Origin: Caecitellus pseudoparvulus
Taxonomy: Eukaryota; Protista; Bigyra: Bicosoecida
Length of the DNA: 64,000 nucleotides
NCBI GenBank assembly: GCA_965644315.1
Contig: CBFFRQ010000032.1
Span: 744,001 to 808,000, forward strand
Reading direction: 5' to 3'
Both the position numbers and the translations under genes were made by a program. The notes beneath the pieces are model-generated. The model did not search any database and was not told the origin of the DNA. It was given only the letters and a program-made list of their open reading frames with translations. Positions 23,975-34,300 of the stretch are shown piece by piece (the first letter of the stretch is position 1; the number at the start of each line of letters is the position of its first letter).

Positions 23975-25435
23975 TCACTGGTCAAAGTCCCCGGCCTGGA
24001 AGGCTGTCGAAGGGTAGATGGCAGCGCTGATGGTGCGGCCGTCAAACAAGCGGCCGTTCATGGCAGCGAGGCCTGCAGCAGCGCCAGCCGCCGCCTCGAA
24101 CTCCACAAACACTCGCACTTTGCCGTCGGCCACGTGCAGCTTGACCTGGCTCACGGGGCCGTGCTGGGCCGCCTCCTCCGCCACCTCCAGCTTCAGCTCC
24201 GCATCCACGTCGTCTGGGCCCACCATGTTGTCCAGCACCAGCACACAGCCCTCCCCGGCGCCCCCCCTCTCCCCACCCTCATCGGCCGGTGGCGCACTCG
24301 GCTCGGCAGCGGGTGCCGCCGGCACGGCGGCAGCGGGTGCTGCTGTGCCGCCTGCTGCCGCCATAAGGGCAGCCACTCCCGGTGCCAGCCCCCCAGTGCT
24401 GCCCCCTGCACCACCACGGCTGGGGTTGTTACTGGAAGAGGCCTTGGCCACCTTCAGGGGCTTGCCGGCGAGGGAGAAGCCGTCCATACCGGCGATGGCC
24501 CCCACCGCCGCCTCCTCGCTGGCGAACTCGATGAAGCCGTACCCGCGGTGGGTGCCCGGCTTCTCCACAGACGCCACCATCTCACACGACAGGATGGTGC
24601 CGAAGGACTCGAAGATCTGTTTCACGTGCTCCGCCACCATCTCGTACGGCACGCCGCCGACGTACACCCGTGCCGAGTCACCCCCCACGCCACCCGCGCC
24701 CTCCACACCCGCCGCCCCCACTGCAGCCACGCCCACACCAGCCACGTGTCCCAGCGCCTTCAGATTGCGGTTGGCTTGGTCAGCCAGCGCCAGCAGCTGC
24801 TGGGGCGTGACGCTGGCCAGGTGGCCCTGTCCCACTGTCGGCACGGTGGTGATGCCGGCTGAGTTGGGGTAGTTCACGCGCAGGGGGCGCCCGTCGATGT
24901 CGTAGCCGTTCATGGTCAGCATGGCGCCTTCCGCTGCTGTGGGGTTGGCGAACTCGATGAAGGCGTACCCCTTGCCCTTGCCAGTGGCGGGGTCCCGCCC
25001 CACGTCCACGTCCAGGATGGTGCCGAAGGGCGCAAAGGCAGCGCGCAGGGTGGGGTCCAGCAGGTCCGGGCCCAAGTTGCCGATGTAAATGCGCCGCTCG
25101 GCTGTGCTGCCTGACGTGGCCATGACGCCAGTGGAGGAGCCCAGCGCGGGCGCGGGCTGACCCCCCCTCCCGGACAGGTGGTCTGCCAGGGCAGTCTTGG
25201 CCATGAGGCGGCGGTTGATGGCCTGAGCCCGGGCTTGCTTCTGTGCTGGCGTCAGGCCTGCTGCAGAGGAAACGCCCATGAGGGCGCGCTGCAGCTCTTT
25301 CACCTGCCCACGCAGCTCAGGCACGGAGGGCACCACGACCACTTCGCCCCCTTGCTTGTACGGGTCAACGTCACTGTCCCATCCGCGCCTGACCCGCTTG
25401 CTTGCAGGCTCAGAACTGGATTCCGTGGATGCCAT
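23975..25435 (-). CDS. PUF60: Poly(U)-binding splicing factor PUF60/half-pint (2 RRM + UHM)
   Basis: RIYIGNL..AFAPFG..DPATGKGKGYAFIEF; RVYVGGV..HRGYGFIEF; VLVLDNMVGPDDVDAELKLEV..VRVFVEF..MNGRLFDGR. Confidence 0.88.
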   Translation of the reverse strand: MASTESSSEPASKRVRRGWDSDVDPYKQGGEVVVVPSVPELRGQVKELQRALMGVSSAAGLTPAQKQARAQAINRRLMAKTALADHLSGRGGQPAPALGSSTGVMATSGSTAERRIYIGNLGPDLLDPTLRAAFAPFGTILDVDVGRDPATGKGKGYAFIEFANPTAAEGAMLTMNGYDIDGRPLRVNYPNSAGITTVPTVGQGHLASVTPQQLLALADQANRNLKALGHVAGVGVAAVGAAGVEGAGGVGGDSARVYVGGVPYEMVAEHVKQIFESFGTILSCEMVASVEKPGTHRGYGFIEFASEEAAVGAIAGMDGFSLAGKPLKVAKASSSNNPSRGGAGGSTGGLAPGVAALMAAAGGTAAPAAAVPAAPAAEPSAPPADEGGERGGAGEGCVLVLDNMVGPDDVDAELKLEVAEEAAQHGPVSQVKLHVADGKVRVFVEFEAAAGAAAGLAAMNGRLFDGRTISAAIYPSTAFQAGDFDQ

Positions 25436-25824
25436 GGCGTGCCTTCCGCGTGCGCCTGTGCAAGGGGTGTGAAGTTGGTTCCGTGGGTGAACGAAATTCC
25501 GCACCTGCGCCGCGAGAGCCAGAGTCCAGCGCACCGCCGCCTCCACTATTTTGGGACACATGCACTGAGCAGAAGAGACAGTCACTGCATTGCCATCCCC
25601 GCCCCACCTACCTGGTGGTGTGCAGGTGATGCCCAGCGGCCTGGTGCCCGGCAACTGCACCTGCGGCTTCAATCACTGGTTTGACAGCCACCTGCGGCGA
25701 GTTTCCCCACTGCACATAAGCCCACAGCCAAGCCCAGAGCTGCAGGGCGGTCAATGACTTACTAGATAAACCACGAAAGTGCCCGTGTCATGCATTTGCC
25801 CCGCCACGGCAGACGCACCAAGTC

Positions 25825-27486
25825 TCAATCCTCCAGCGCACCGGTGTCCAGCACAAAGGCGCCATCACCTGCGCCCGCCTCGTCATCCTCCTCCTCTTCT
25901 TCCCCGTCCACCGATCCTTCGTCATCGCTGCTTCCGCCAGCTAGCGAGGCGGCATCCGTCGCCGCCCCATACCCGCTGGCGAAGCCGCCCCCTCTCGCCA
26001 GCACTTGCAGGGCCCGCACCGCCGAATCCGGCACGCGCTTGCGGTGCAGCAGGCCGCCGCTGTTCTCAGGGCCCTGGGCAAGCACTGCCAAGGCAGCGGC
26101 CGCCTCCTCCTCCTCGCCACCCTGCAGCATCACTCCCTGTGCCCAGTGCACGAGGCCGGGGGGAGGCGGGCACTCCTCCAGCGCCGCCTGCACGGCACTC
26201 TGCAGAGTGGGCACAGCCATGCCCACACCAGGGCCACGCCCGTACACGGGGAGTGTGTCGGCGACCCCCCCTCCCGCCTTGCGAGCTGCCTTGAGGATGT
26301 GGTAGGTTACCCGGGTCACACTGCGCACAGCTGAGAGCAAGGCCAGGTACTCAGTGACCCCCCAGGGCCCCGCCCAGTCGCCACCGCTCTCCTGGCGTGC
26401 CACGGCTGGCGCAAGGAACGCCATCCACGCCGCCTGCGCGACTGCCCCACGGCACAGCGCCAGCGCCTTCCAACGCTTGTCACTGGTGACAGCGTCACAG
26501 GCGGCGCTCGTGGCAGCACACAGCACCTGCAGCGTCGCAGAGCGCCCTCTGCCCACGAGCAGGGGAGTGTGGAGCAGCGGCGGCAGGCCTGGGCTTGCCG
26601 TGGTGGTGGAGGGGGGTGGCGTGGCGTGCTCCCCTGTGCGGGCCACCTTCGCGGCAGAGGACGGAACGGCGGCAGAACACGCCGCCAAGTGCTGCAGCAG
26701 CGGCACCATGGCAAACAGCGCAGCCACCCGTGAATCGTGCGCCTGTGCTGCGGACACGGGGCACTGCGCAGTCTGCCCGGCCTGGCCCAGGGCAGCGGCC
26801 GAAGCTGCCGTGGCCAGGCCGCTCACGAGGCGCCGGAGCACGCGAGGCACGCATGCGTGCACTGCGGCGATGGCGTCGTGAGAAGGCTCCTGCGTCTCGC
26901 GCAGGCGCTTCTTGCTGCGGCGTGGCGTGGCGGCGGGCTTCTCCCCGCCGGCGCCTTGCCCTGTGAGAGCGGCGAGGCTGGCTTGCACGACGGCAGCCAC
27001 ACGCTGCACGACAGCACACAGGAGGCCCCTCCTGCTCGGCACGGAGTCCTTCCAAACAGACCGCAAGGTGAGGTAGCCGATGGCATCACAGGCCGAGTCA
27101 GCCAGCTCAGGCAGGCCGGCTCCCTGCGAACCATCCACAGCGCCTGCGAGGATCATCGCAGCCAGGCCTCTGGAGCTGTGACCTGCCGCTTGGGCCGCCG
27201 CAGCATGAAGAATGACAGGCCCTGGGGATGCCGCTGTCACGTGGTGTGAGGGAATGGTGCCGAGGGCCTTGCTGGCGGCGCCGTGTTCAGCATGCGGACT
27301 TTGGAGCCTGCTCAGAGCTTGCAGCAATTCCGGCTTCAAGTCCTGCACGGCCCACCGCTCACCCGCCGGCAGCGATGCGATGCTCTCATCCACAAGTGCT
27401 GCTAGCTCCTCCTCTGACCCGGCGCTGCCGCTCGCCAGCTGTTGGACGAGGCTGTCCACCACCAGGCTCAAGGCTGTCTGCGCCAT
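25825..27486 (-). CDS. Hypothetical Ala-rich helical protein with basic NLS-like patch and acidic C-terminal FVLDTG tail
   Basis: Long ORF with coding-like composition; PRRSKKRLRE; EEEEEDDE..FVLDTG. Function not recognised. Confidence 0.6.
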   Translation of the reverse strand: MAQTALSLVVDSLVQQLASGSAGSEEELAALVDESIASLPAGERWAVQDLKPELLQALSRLQSPHAEHGAASKALGTIPSHHVTAASPGPVILHAAAAQAAGHSSRGLAAMILAGAVDGSQGAGLPELADSACDAIGYLTLRSVWKDSVPSRRGLLCAVVQRVAAVVQASLAALTGQGAGGEKPAATPRRSKKRLRETQEPSHDAIAAVHACVPRVLRRLVSGLATAASAAALGQAGQTAQCPVSAAQAHDSRVAALFAMVPLLQHLAACSAAVPSSAAKVARTGEHATPPPSTTTASPGLPPLLHTPLLVGRGRSATLQVLCAATSAACDAVTSDKRWKALALCRGAVAQAAWMAFLAPAVARQESGGDWAGPWGVTEYLALLSAVRSVTRVTYHILKAARKAGGGVADTLPVYGRGPGVGMAVPTLQSAVQAALEECPPPPGLVHWAQGVMLQGGEEEEAAAALAVLAQGPENSGGLLHRKRVPDSAVRALQVLARGGGFASGYGAATDAASLAGGSSDDEGSVDGEEEEEDDEAGAGDGAFVLDTGALED

Positions 27487-27792
27487 GGCCGAACCAGTTT
27501 CCGCACCTAGATGCGGACGCAAGGCAGGCGGCCGATGCAGCAAGCACTGAAACACGAGTGGGCATGAAACTTAGAGTATGGCGGGGTAGAACAGGTGTTG
27601 TTCATACTGCTCCATTGCTTGTCGCGTCTCTCTGGGGCCACAGGTGGCAGGCCGTCTGGCTTTGGCTGCAGGCCAACACCATGCACTGCGCAGCTGACAA
27701 AACATGAGCACCCCGCGGAAACCTGGCACACTCGCAGTGATGGAGCCGGAACACAACCGCCCCTCTCACTAACTTAGGTGTGGCGCGGCAGC

Positions 27793-28602
27793 ATGGCGGC
27801 TTCCCCTGACGAGGGCGCAGCGAGCGCTTTGCCAGCCGAGGTTGCTTCCGTGGCAACTGGCGCGCTGAAGGTCGCTGTTGACAGCCAAGATCTCGCCCCC
27901 AATGCACGTTGGTCACTCTCAGGTGCAAAGCCAGGAAATGGCGCCCCTCAGCTGATGGATGGAGATGTGCGGCACGCGGACGCTGGAAGTTGCTGTGCTG
28001 GCTCACAACGGCAGCTTGCGTGCTTCGCTGCGCAGCTGGAGACGTTTTGGCAATCAGATGGAACAGCACCCCACACTGTGACGTTGCGATTTGATGTTCG
28101 CACGTCCATGTCTGAGCTGGCGTTCTATGTTGACCACGGCTTGGACGAGAGCTACACGCCCCAGGAGGTGTGTTGCGCTGAAACTCTCGTGAAACGGACA
28201 CCTCTTCACGCTGCCACGCGTTCCGCAGGTGATTGTCAAGCACGGACTTCAACGCACAGCCTTATCTACACTCCACACTGTGACTCTCAACAAGCCTTCT
28301 GGGTGTGTGCCACACGTGGACTGCATGCACGAACCTTACACACTGGGTGCTCTCAACGCCCCCTTCGCAGCTGGGTTCGGGTGAAATTGGGGAATCCTGA
28401 GGCAGAGGGGCAAAACGCGTTCCTTAGGACGTTTGTCTTGCAGCTGGCAGTGACGAAGCTGCATCAGAATGGCAGAGACACGCGCCTGAGGCAGGTGAAG
28501 GTGCTTGGGCCACGAATGAGTGCGGAGGGCACACTCGCCCACAGCGGCGGCGGCGCAGCCACAGCAGACAAATTGTCTGGCGCAATGTTCACGATTCGAT
28601 GA
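27793..28602 (+). CDS. ANAPC10: Anaphase-promoting complex subunit 10 (DOC1)
   Basis: WSLSGAKPGNG, ETFWQSDGTAPH, LDESYTP, HQNGRDTRLRQVKV, C-terminal IR tail. Three introns inferred. Confidence 0.9.
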   Translation: MAASPDEGAASALPAEVASVATGALKVAVDSQDLAPNARWSLSGAKPGNGAPQLMDGDVRHADAGSCCAGSQRQLACFAAQLETFWQSDGTAPHTVTLRFDVRTSMSELAFYVDHGLDESYTPQEVCCAETLVKRTPLHAATRSAGDCQARTSTHSLIYTPHCDSQQAFWVCATRGLHARTLHTGCSQRPLRSWVRVKLGNPEAEGQNAFLRTFVLQLAVTKLHQNGRDTRLRQVKVLGPRMSAEGTLAHSGGGAATADKLSGAMFTIR

Positions 28603-28762
28603 TAGACGGGTGCTTCAAGTAGGCTGTGGTGCATATGAAGCATGGGCCGTGGATCTCCAGGGTGCTCGAAGGCTGAGCGAAACCAGACCGCCCCCGCCCA
28701 CTAGATCGTGTCAGTTCCAACTCTCAAGACCACCTACGTTCCGAAGGATTTGTCATGCGGCG

Positions 28763-28955
28763 GTACCTTCTCTGCCTTCTTGGCTATGATTTTCTGTGTA
28801 GAAACTGTTTTTCTCTATCCTGATCGATAGGTTGTACGAGTACACCTCGTACCCATGATCAAGAAAATGTTTCGACGGGGCTGACTCCCTCTTGCTTGCA
28901 ATGGAGTCGGCGAGTGTGGCCTTGGAATTGCACTACCTCCTTGGCCGCGCACCCT
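28763..28955 (+). ncRNA. U2: U2 spliceosomal snRNA (divergent)
   Basis: 5' ACCTTCTC-TGCC-TTCTT-GGCT-ATGAT (stem I and U6-pairing GCU..GAU), GTGTAGAAACTG branch-recognition region, stem IIa CTATC/GATAG, stem IIb GTACGAG/CTCGTAC, stem IIc complement GATCA, stem III GACTCC/GGAGTC, loop IV ATTGCACTAC in a GTGTGGCC/GGCCGCGC stem; ~190 nt. Confidence 0.85.
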
Positions 28956-29094
28956 GCCCACTGGGCACCAAAACCAACATAAGCAGTACACGCTGTGGAA
29001 ATTCTTGACGCTGAACACATTCTTCTCCACGAACTTACCTACTCCGTACGCGTTGTATCAGGCCGTCACCGCTGCGTCCCCCTGATTCCCTGTC

Positions 29095-30778
29095 ATGGCT
29101 GCCGTCGCCTCTGCCGCCTTGCGGCAGCTGCGGAGCACGTTCTTGCTGCCGACGGCACGCAGCTTCGCCACCACGCCAAGCTGGGTGGGAACGCTGAATG
29201 CTGGGCTGTCGGAGACAGACCCAGAGCTGTTCGACGCATTGGAGCACGAGAAGCAGCGTCAGAGGGAGAGCATCTGCTTGATTCCCAGCGAGGTGAGCCA
29301 GGCGCAGCGAATCGTGTGTGGGGAGCCCTGATGCACTGGCTGGCGTCGGCTGAAGCACAGAACTTTGCCTCCAAGTCTGTCCTGGAGGCCTTGGGCTCTG
29401 TCATGTCCAACAAGTACTCCGAGGGCTACCCTGGTGCAAGGTGCGTGAGGGGCCGGCATGCAGTCGCGGCGGCTGGCGCTGGGGCCAGGGCTTGGATTCT
29501 GTGCAGGGCCGCGCATCAAGTTTTGCATTTTCCGCACCGCATGAAACATGCCTCGCGTGCAGGTACTATGGCGGCAACCAGTACATTGACGAGGTGGAGT
29601 CCATGTGCCAGCGGCGAGCTCTGGAGGCCTTCGGGCTTGACCCCGAGAAGTGGGGTGTGAACGTGCAGAGCCTTTCGGGCTCCCCTGCGAACTTCGCGGT
29701 GTACACTGGCCTGCTGCAGCCCTTTGACCGCATCCTGGCGCTGGACCTGCCCCACGGCGGGCACCTGTCCCACGGCTACCAAACAGACAAGAAGAAGATC
29801 TCAGCCGTGTCCAAGTTCTTCAACAGCATGCCGTACCGCCTGGACGAGGCGACTGGCATCATCGACTACGACCGCCTGGCCGAGAATGCCAAGCTGTACC
29901 GGCCGCAGATCCTCATCGCCGGCGCATCAGCCTACTCTCGCCTCATCGACTACGCCCGCATGCGGGAGGTGGCAGACTCCGTGGGGGCGTACCTGCTGGC
30001 TGACATGGCCCACATTTCAGGGCTGGTGGCGGCAGGCGTCATCCCCTCCCCCTTCGAGCACTGCGACGTCGTGACGACGACGACGCACAAGTCCCTGCGT
30101 GGGCCGCGGGGCGCCCTCATCTTCTTCCGCAAGGGCGTGCGCAGCGTGACCAAGAAGGGTGTGGAAGTGCCGTACGATCTGGAGTCCAAGATCAACTTCG
30201 CCGTCTTCCCCGGCTTGCAGGGCGGCCCCCACAACCACACCATCGCTGCCTTGGCCACGGCCCTGCGCCAGGCAGCCAGCCCAGACTTTGCAGCGTACCA
30301 GCAGGCAGTGATGGCCAACAACGCCGCCTTTGCTAGCGCCCTGACTGAGGCGGGGCTGGACCTCGTGTCTGGGGGCACGGACAACCACCTGGTCCTGGTG
30401 GACCTGCGCTCAGCCGGCATCGACGGTGCCCGCGTGGAGCATGTGTGTGAGCTGGTGGGCTTGGCGGTGAACAAGAACACCGTCCCAGGGGATGTGTCTG
30501 CCATGGTGCCCAGCGGCATTCGTATGGGCTCGCCGGCCATGACCACCCGTGGCGCGGACGAGGCCGCCTTCACCACCATCGCCGGCTTCTTCGCGCGGAC
30601 TGTGGAGCTTGCCAAGTCTGCCAAGGCGGGCGTACAGGGCAAGCGGGTGAAGGACTTCAAGGCCCAGGTGGGACTGGACACACACCCGGACATCGCCCAG
30701 CTGGCAGAGGAGGTCAAGGCCTTCGCTTGCACCCTGCCCGCCGTCGGCTTTGACGAGGCAGCCATGCGCTACAGGTGA
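29095..30778 (+). CDS. SHMT: Serine hydroxymethyltransferase, mitochondrial
   Basis: Transit peptide; LIPSENF; [16 protein letters not shown]; [14 protein letters not shown]; [13 protein letters not shown] (PLP lysine); [11 protein letters not shown]. Introns 29293-29360, 29441-29562. Confidence 0.97.
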
Positions 30779-30920
30779 TGGGCGCGCGCCCCTCCATAAT
30801 GCACGCCCTGGCCACGAATCATCGCGTCAGCGCCGGCAAATCCCGGTCCACACACATCTCTGTTCCTTGCTCGCGCTGACGTGTGCACCGTTCGCCGGCC
30901 TCAAACGCGACGTTTTCAGC

Positions 30921-33189
30921 ATGGACGAGAAGCTTGCCACACGGGTGCGCACAGTCGCCAACCTGTGCATCCATGCGTGTGAGTGCAGCGCACTGTGCAG
31001 GCTCCGGCGAAGCGATTTCCGCAGCTTTCCACCACCGTAATTGCTCCCTTGCCTGGCCAACAGTGACCACCCGGGACACAGCAGCTCTCGCTGCTGTCGT
31101 CAACAAACACAAGGACATCGTCGCCAACATCGTCGACTCCAACGGCTGGACAGTGCTCATGCTGGCCTGCGACAAGGGCGGCGAGGAGAGTGTTACCGTG
31201 CTGGCCGATGCGGGACTCGGCAGCACAGCCAGCAAGGTCACCGCCAGCGGCCTTTCGGCGCTGCACATCGCCGCCCGACGAGGCCTTGTGCAGGCACTCC
31301 CTCGCCTGCTGGCGGCCCTGCCGGCAGGCGCCGCCAAGCGCCTGCTGCAGCAACCCGACGCCACTGGCCTGCTGCCACAGCAGTACGCGGCGCTGCAAGG
31401 GCACACGAGGCTGTGGCTGCTGCTGCACCAGGCGCGCGCGGGCCCGTCAGCGCCACTCCACCCTTCCTGCATCACAGACCTGCTGCCGTGCTTGGGCAGC
31501 ATGCCCGGCATCCGCGATACGCCCCTGGCCGTGTCTCTGGCCACTATGGCGGCTCTGCAGACTGGGCCCATGGTGCCGCCTGCACAGCCGGCAGTGCTCC
31601 CGCTTGCCCTGCGCAGCCTCGTGTCCGGCAGCATGTTCAATTCGCTTGTCGTGCTGCTGGCGGTGCAGCCAGGAGCAGTCGCCGCGACGGCGGCCGGCGC
31701 TGGTGAGCTGAAGGCCCTTGCGCGCTGCCAGCTCGCCGCCGCGGCGACGGCTGCAGAGACGGCGCTGGGCCTAGGTGACGATGGGGGGGGGGCTGGCGAG
31801 GACGGCCAGGGTGCCGCCTCCACAGCCCGGCAGCACCCGGATGTGGGCGTGCAGTGGAACCCCGCTGCCAGGGCGCTGCAGGTGAGCGTGGCGGGCCCCT
31901 CCCGCAAGCGCTTTGCACGCAAGGACGTCAGCGGTATCCTGGACGCCCTGTGGGCCGAGGCGGCACGGGTGCAGGCGCACCGCCCCAGCCCGGCCACTGC
32001 CCCACCCCCCGCCCCGGCGGGCATCGAAGTGCCGCTGCCGCCAGCCAAACCCGCTGTGTCGCTGCCACCGCCCACACGTCAGCCCTGGACGCATCGCCTG
32101 GCTGATGGTGTTCCAGGTGCTGCCGATGTGGAGAGGGCACTGGCGCCGGTGGATGGCCCTCTGCAGGCTGCCGCCCCTGTGCAGCCCACACAGGGGCGCA
32201 GTGCCTGGGAGAGCGCTGTGGAGGGAGCCCTGGCGTGGATGCAGCAGGGACACAGTGCCATGTCTGTAGGCGGGGGCAGTGCACCGACCCTGCCGCCCCT
32301 GCTGCAGCACCAGGACGGCGATGGACTGCGAGCCCTGGCCCAGTGCAGTGAGGCGTCTGCTGCTGCAGCTGGTGGGGACACAGATGCCGCCGATGCGTCC
32401 GCTACGCAAGGCCTGCAAGACCCCAGCTGGTACCTGGCTGGGCACGCCTGGGCGGCAGCGGCAGTGGTGTTGCTGCTGGAGCGGGCAGAGGCGCTGGGTC
32501 ACCGGGAAGCGTCCGAGTCAGCCGACGCTGCCGCTGCTGCCCTGCTGCAAGGCGAGGCAGGCCCTGCCGCGGCCAGTGGGCCCAGTGTGACCCAGCGTGC
32601 GGGGGCTGTGTCGGAGTCTGTTCCGGCGCCAGCGTCTGTTCCGGCGCCAGAGCCTGTGCGCGATGAAGCAACGGAGAGCACCAGGACGGTAGAACCCAAA
32701 ACTCCAGAGCAGGCAGTGTCTGCGCCAGGCAAGGGTGCCGCTGGAGCGAGTGGAGCACAACCAGTGCCGGCCAGCGCAGACAAGGCAGCCGCCACACGCA
32801 GCACCAAGGCTGGCTTGAAGGGTGCGTGGGCGGCAGGGGCCCCGCCCAAGGCAGTGTCGAGGAAAGTGCCTGCACAGCGGGCGCCTGTCACCGCACCTCC
32901 CAGCAGTGGCTCTCTGCAGGCCTTGCAAGATGCCCTTGCAGAGCAGCACCCGCGTGGTGCGGCACTTGACCTGCGCGTGCGGCACGTGCTGGGCATGGGC
33001 TTGGAAAGCCTGTCTTCGGCACAGCTGGATGCGGCAGAGGAAGTTCTGTGGAGCTTGCTGCGCCGTGTGCAGCACCACAAGGTGCAGGCAGCCGCGGCAC
33101 GGGAAGTGACCAAGGTGGTGGCGGAGGAAACGCACAAGAAACAGCTGCAGGAACTGCTGGCAAGCCGTGGTGGCCAGGCGCAGCAGTGA
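30921..33189 (+). CDS. Ankyrin-repeat protein with low-complexity middle and C-terminal coiled-coil domain
   Basis: DSNGWTVLMLAC, GLSALHIAARRG, DATGLLPQQYAALQGH. First exon MDEKLATRVRT inferred via one intron. Confidence 0.7.
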
Positions 33190-33329
33190 GGGTCGGTGCA
33201 CAAAAACTACACGCAACTGCAACATCCACTTTGGAAGCTCAAATGCAACGTGCTTGCAGTTCCCCGCCTCGCTGCCTTGTCCTCAGCAGTGCCGCCGGAG
33301 CATCGCACACACTTTCACAGCCGAGCAGC

Positions 33330-34274
33330 ATGGCGTATCAGCACGAGAGCAAGCCTGCCGGCACGGTGGGCCGCAAGGGCGAGACACCCCAAGCAGGGGA
33401 CTTCTTGGCTCGGGGAGGAGCAAGCCTGTCTGCCATTGAGCCCCCCACCGCCTGGGGGGCGAACCAGACGCAGGGCCGTGTGGACCTCACTGGTGTCACG
33501 CACGAATCGGAGAAGCAGCTGCGAGACGACACCGGGCGGAAGTACCACATCCCAGGTGCGTGTGGCAGCGAAAGCTTCACGCACTGCATGGCTTTCGCAC
33601 AGGCCTCCATGCTGCCACAGGCTACACGGGGCACATTCCCAACTCAAAGGTGAGTCGCTTGCGACGGGCGCGCAGAAACGCCACCTGCACCCATGCCTCG
33701 CGCCGCGCTCCACACAGGACATTGGCGGCCGCACATACTCCAAGGTCACCAAACGTGCTCTGAACAAAGACGTGGGGCACATCGTCAGGGGCGGTGCGTG
33801 AGCTGCGGCGTTGCAGCTCCGTGCGCCGTCGGCGCTCACATGCGGCGAACCTGCCCGTCACAGACATCATCCCCACGGACCCCCACGCGACACACAAGCA
33901 GCTGGTGCACGACCCCGCCCTGGACAAGACTGTCATCGGCCAGAACAACGCCGTGCCCAAGCACATCTCAGGTGCGTGGCACTGCCGCACGGCACACACC
34001 CCCCCCCTCACTGCACTGACCCCCCCCCCATCCCATCCACTCACGCGCAGGCTACAGTGGCTTCGTCCCGCAGATCCGCGACGCGGCGCTGGGGGAAACC
34101 TTCGCCTCCCACTGCGCCAAGGTCATGACTCGCCACATGGACGCCAAGGAGGACAGGCTGGCGTTGAACGCGCGCCCTGTGGGGGGCTTCGCCTTCTCCG
34201 GCACGTCCCGCAGGCCCAAGCCCAAGCTGGTGGTGAAGGACGTCGGCTTGCACCTGCACTACACGGCGCAGTGA
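33330..34274 (+). CDS. Ciliary microtubule inner protein, FAM166/CIMIP2-like (PYG repeats)
   Basis: Spliced: KYHIPGYTGHIP..GRTYSKVT and KHISGYSGFVP..LGETFA; four short introns; stop 34272-34274. Confidence 0.7.
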
Positions 34275-34288
34275 GAGGGCAGGCGACA

Positions 34289-34298
34289 CAATGCATTG
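34289..34298. terminator. Palindromic CAATGCATTG: candidate bidirectional polyadenylation signal
   Basis: Lies between convergent stops (34274 + and 34301/34359 -) and reads AATGCA on both strands; the motif recurs after many stop codons. Confidence 0.45.
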
Positions 34299-34300
34299 GC

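Noticed and set aside
28700-28760. Possible box C/D snoRNA on the minus strand (ATGACAA...CTGA) just upstream of U2
   Set aside because: Poor C box and no rRNA target I could recognise; more likely the U2 promoter region.
23975-28955. Proximity of PUF60 and U2 as a splicing cluster
   Set aside because: Two unrelated genes intervene; expected by chance in a dense genome.
32615-32652. Short direct repeat GTCTGTTCCGGCGCCAG x2
   Set aside because: In-frame SVPAPA duplication in a low-complexity linker; not CRISPR-like.
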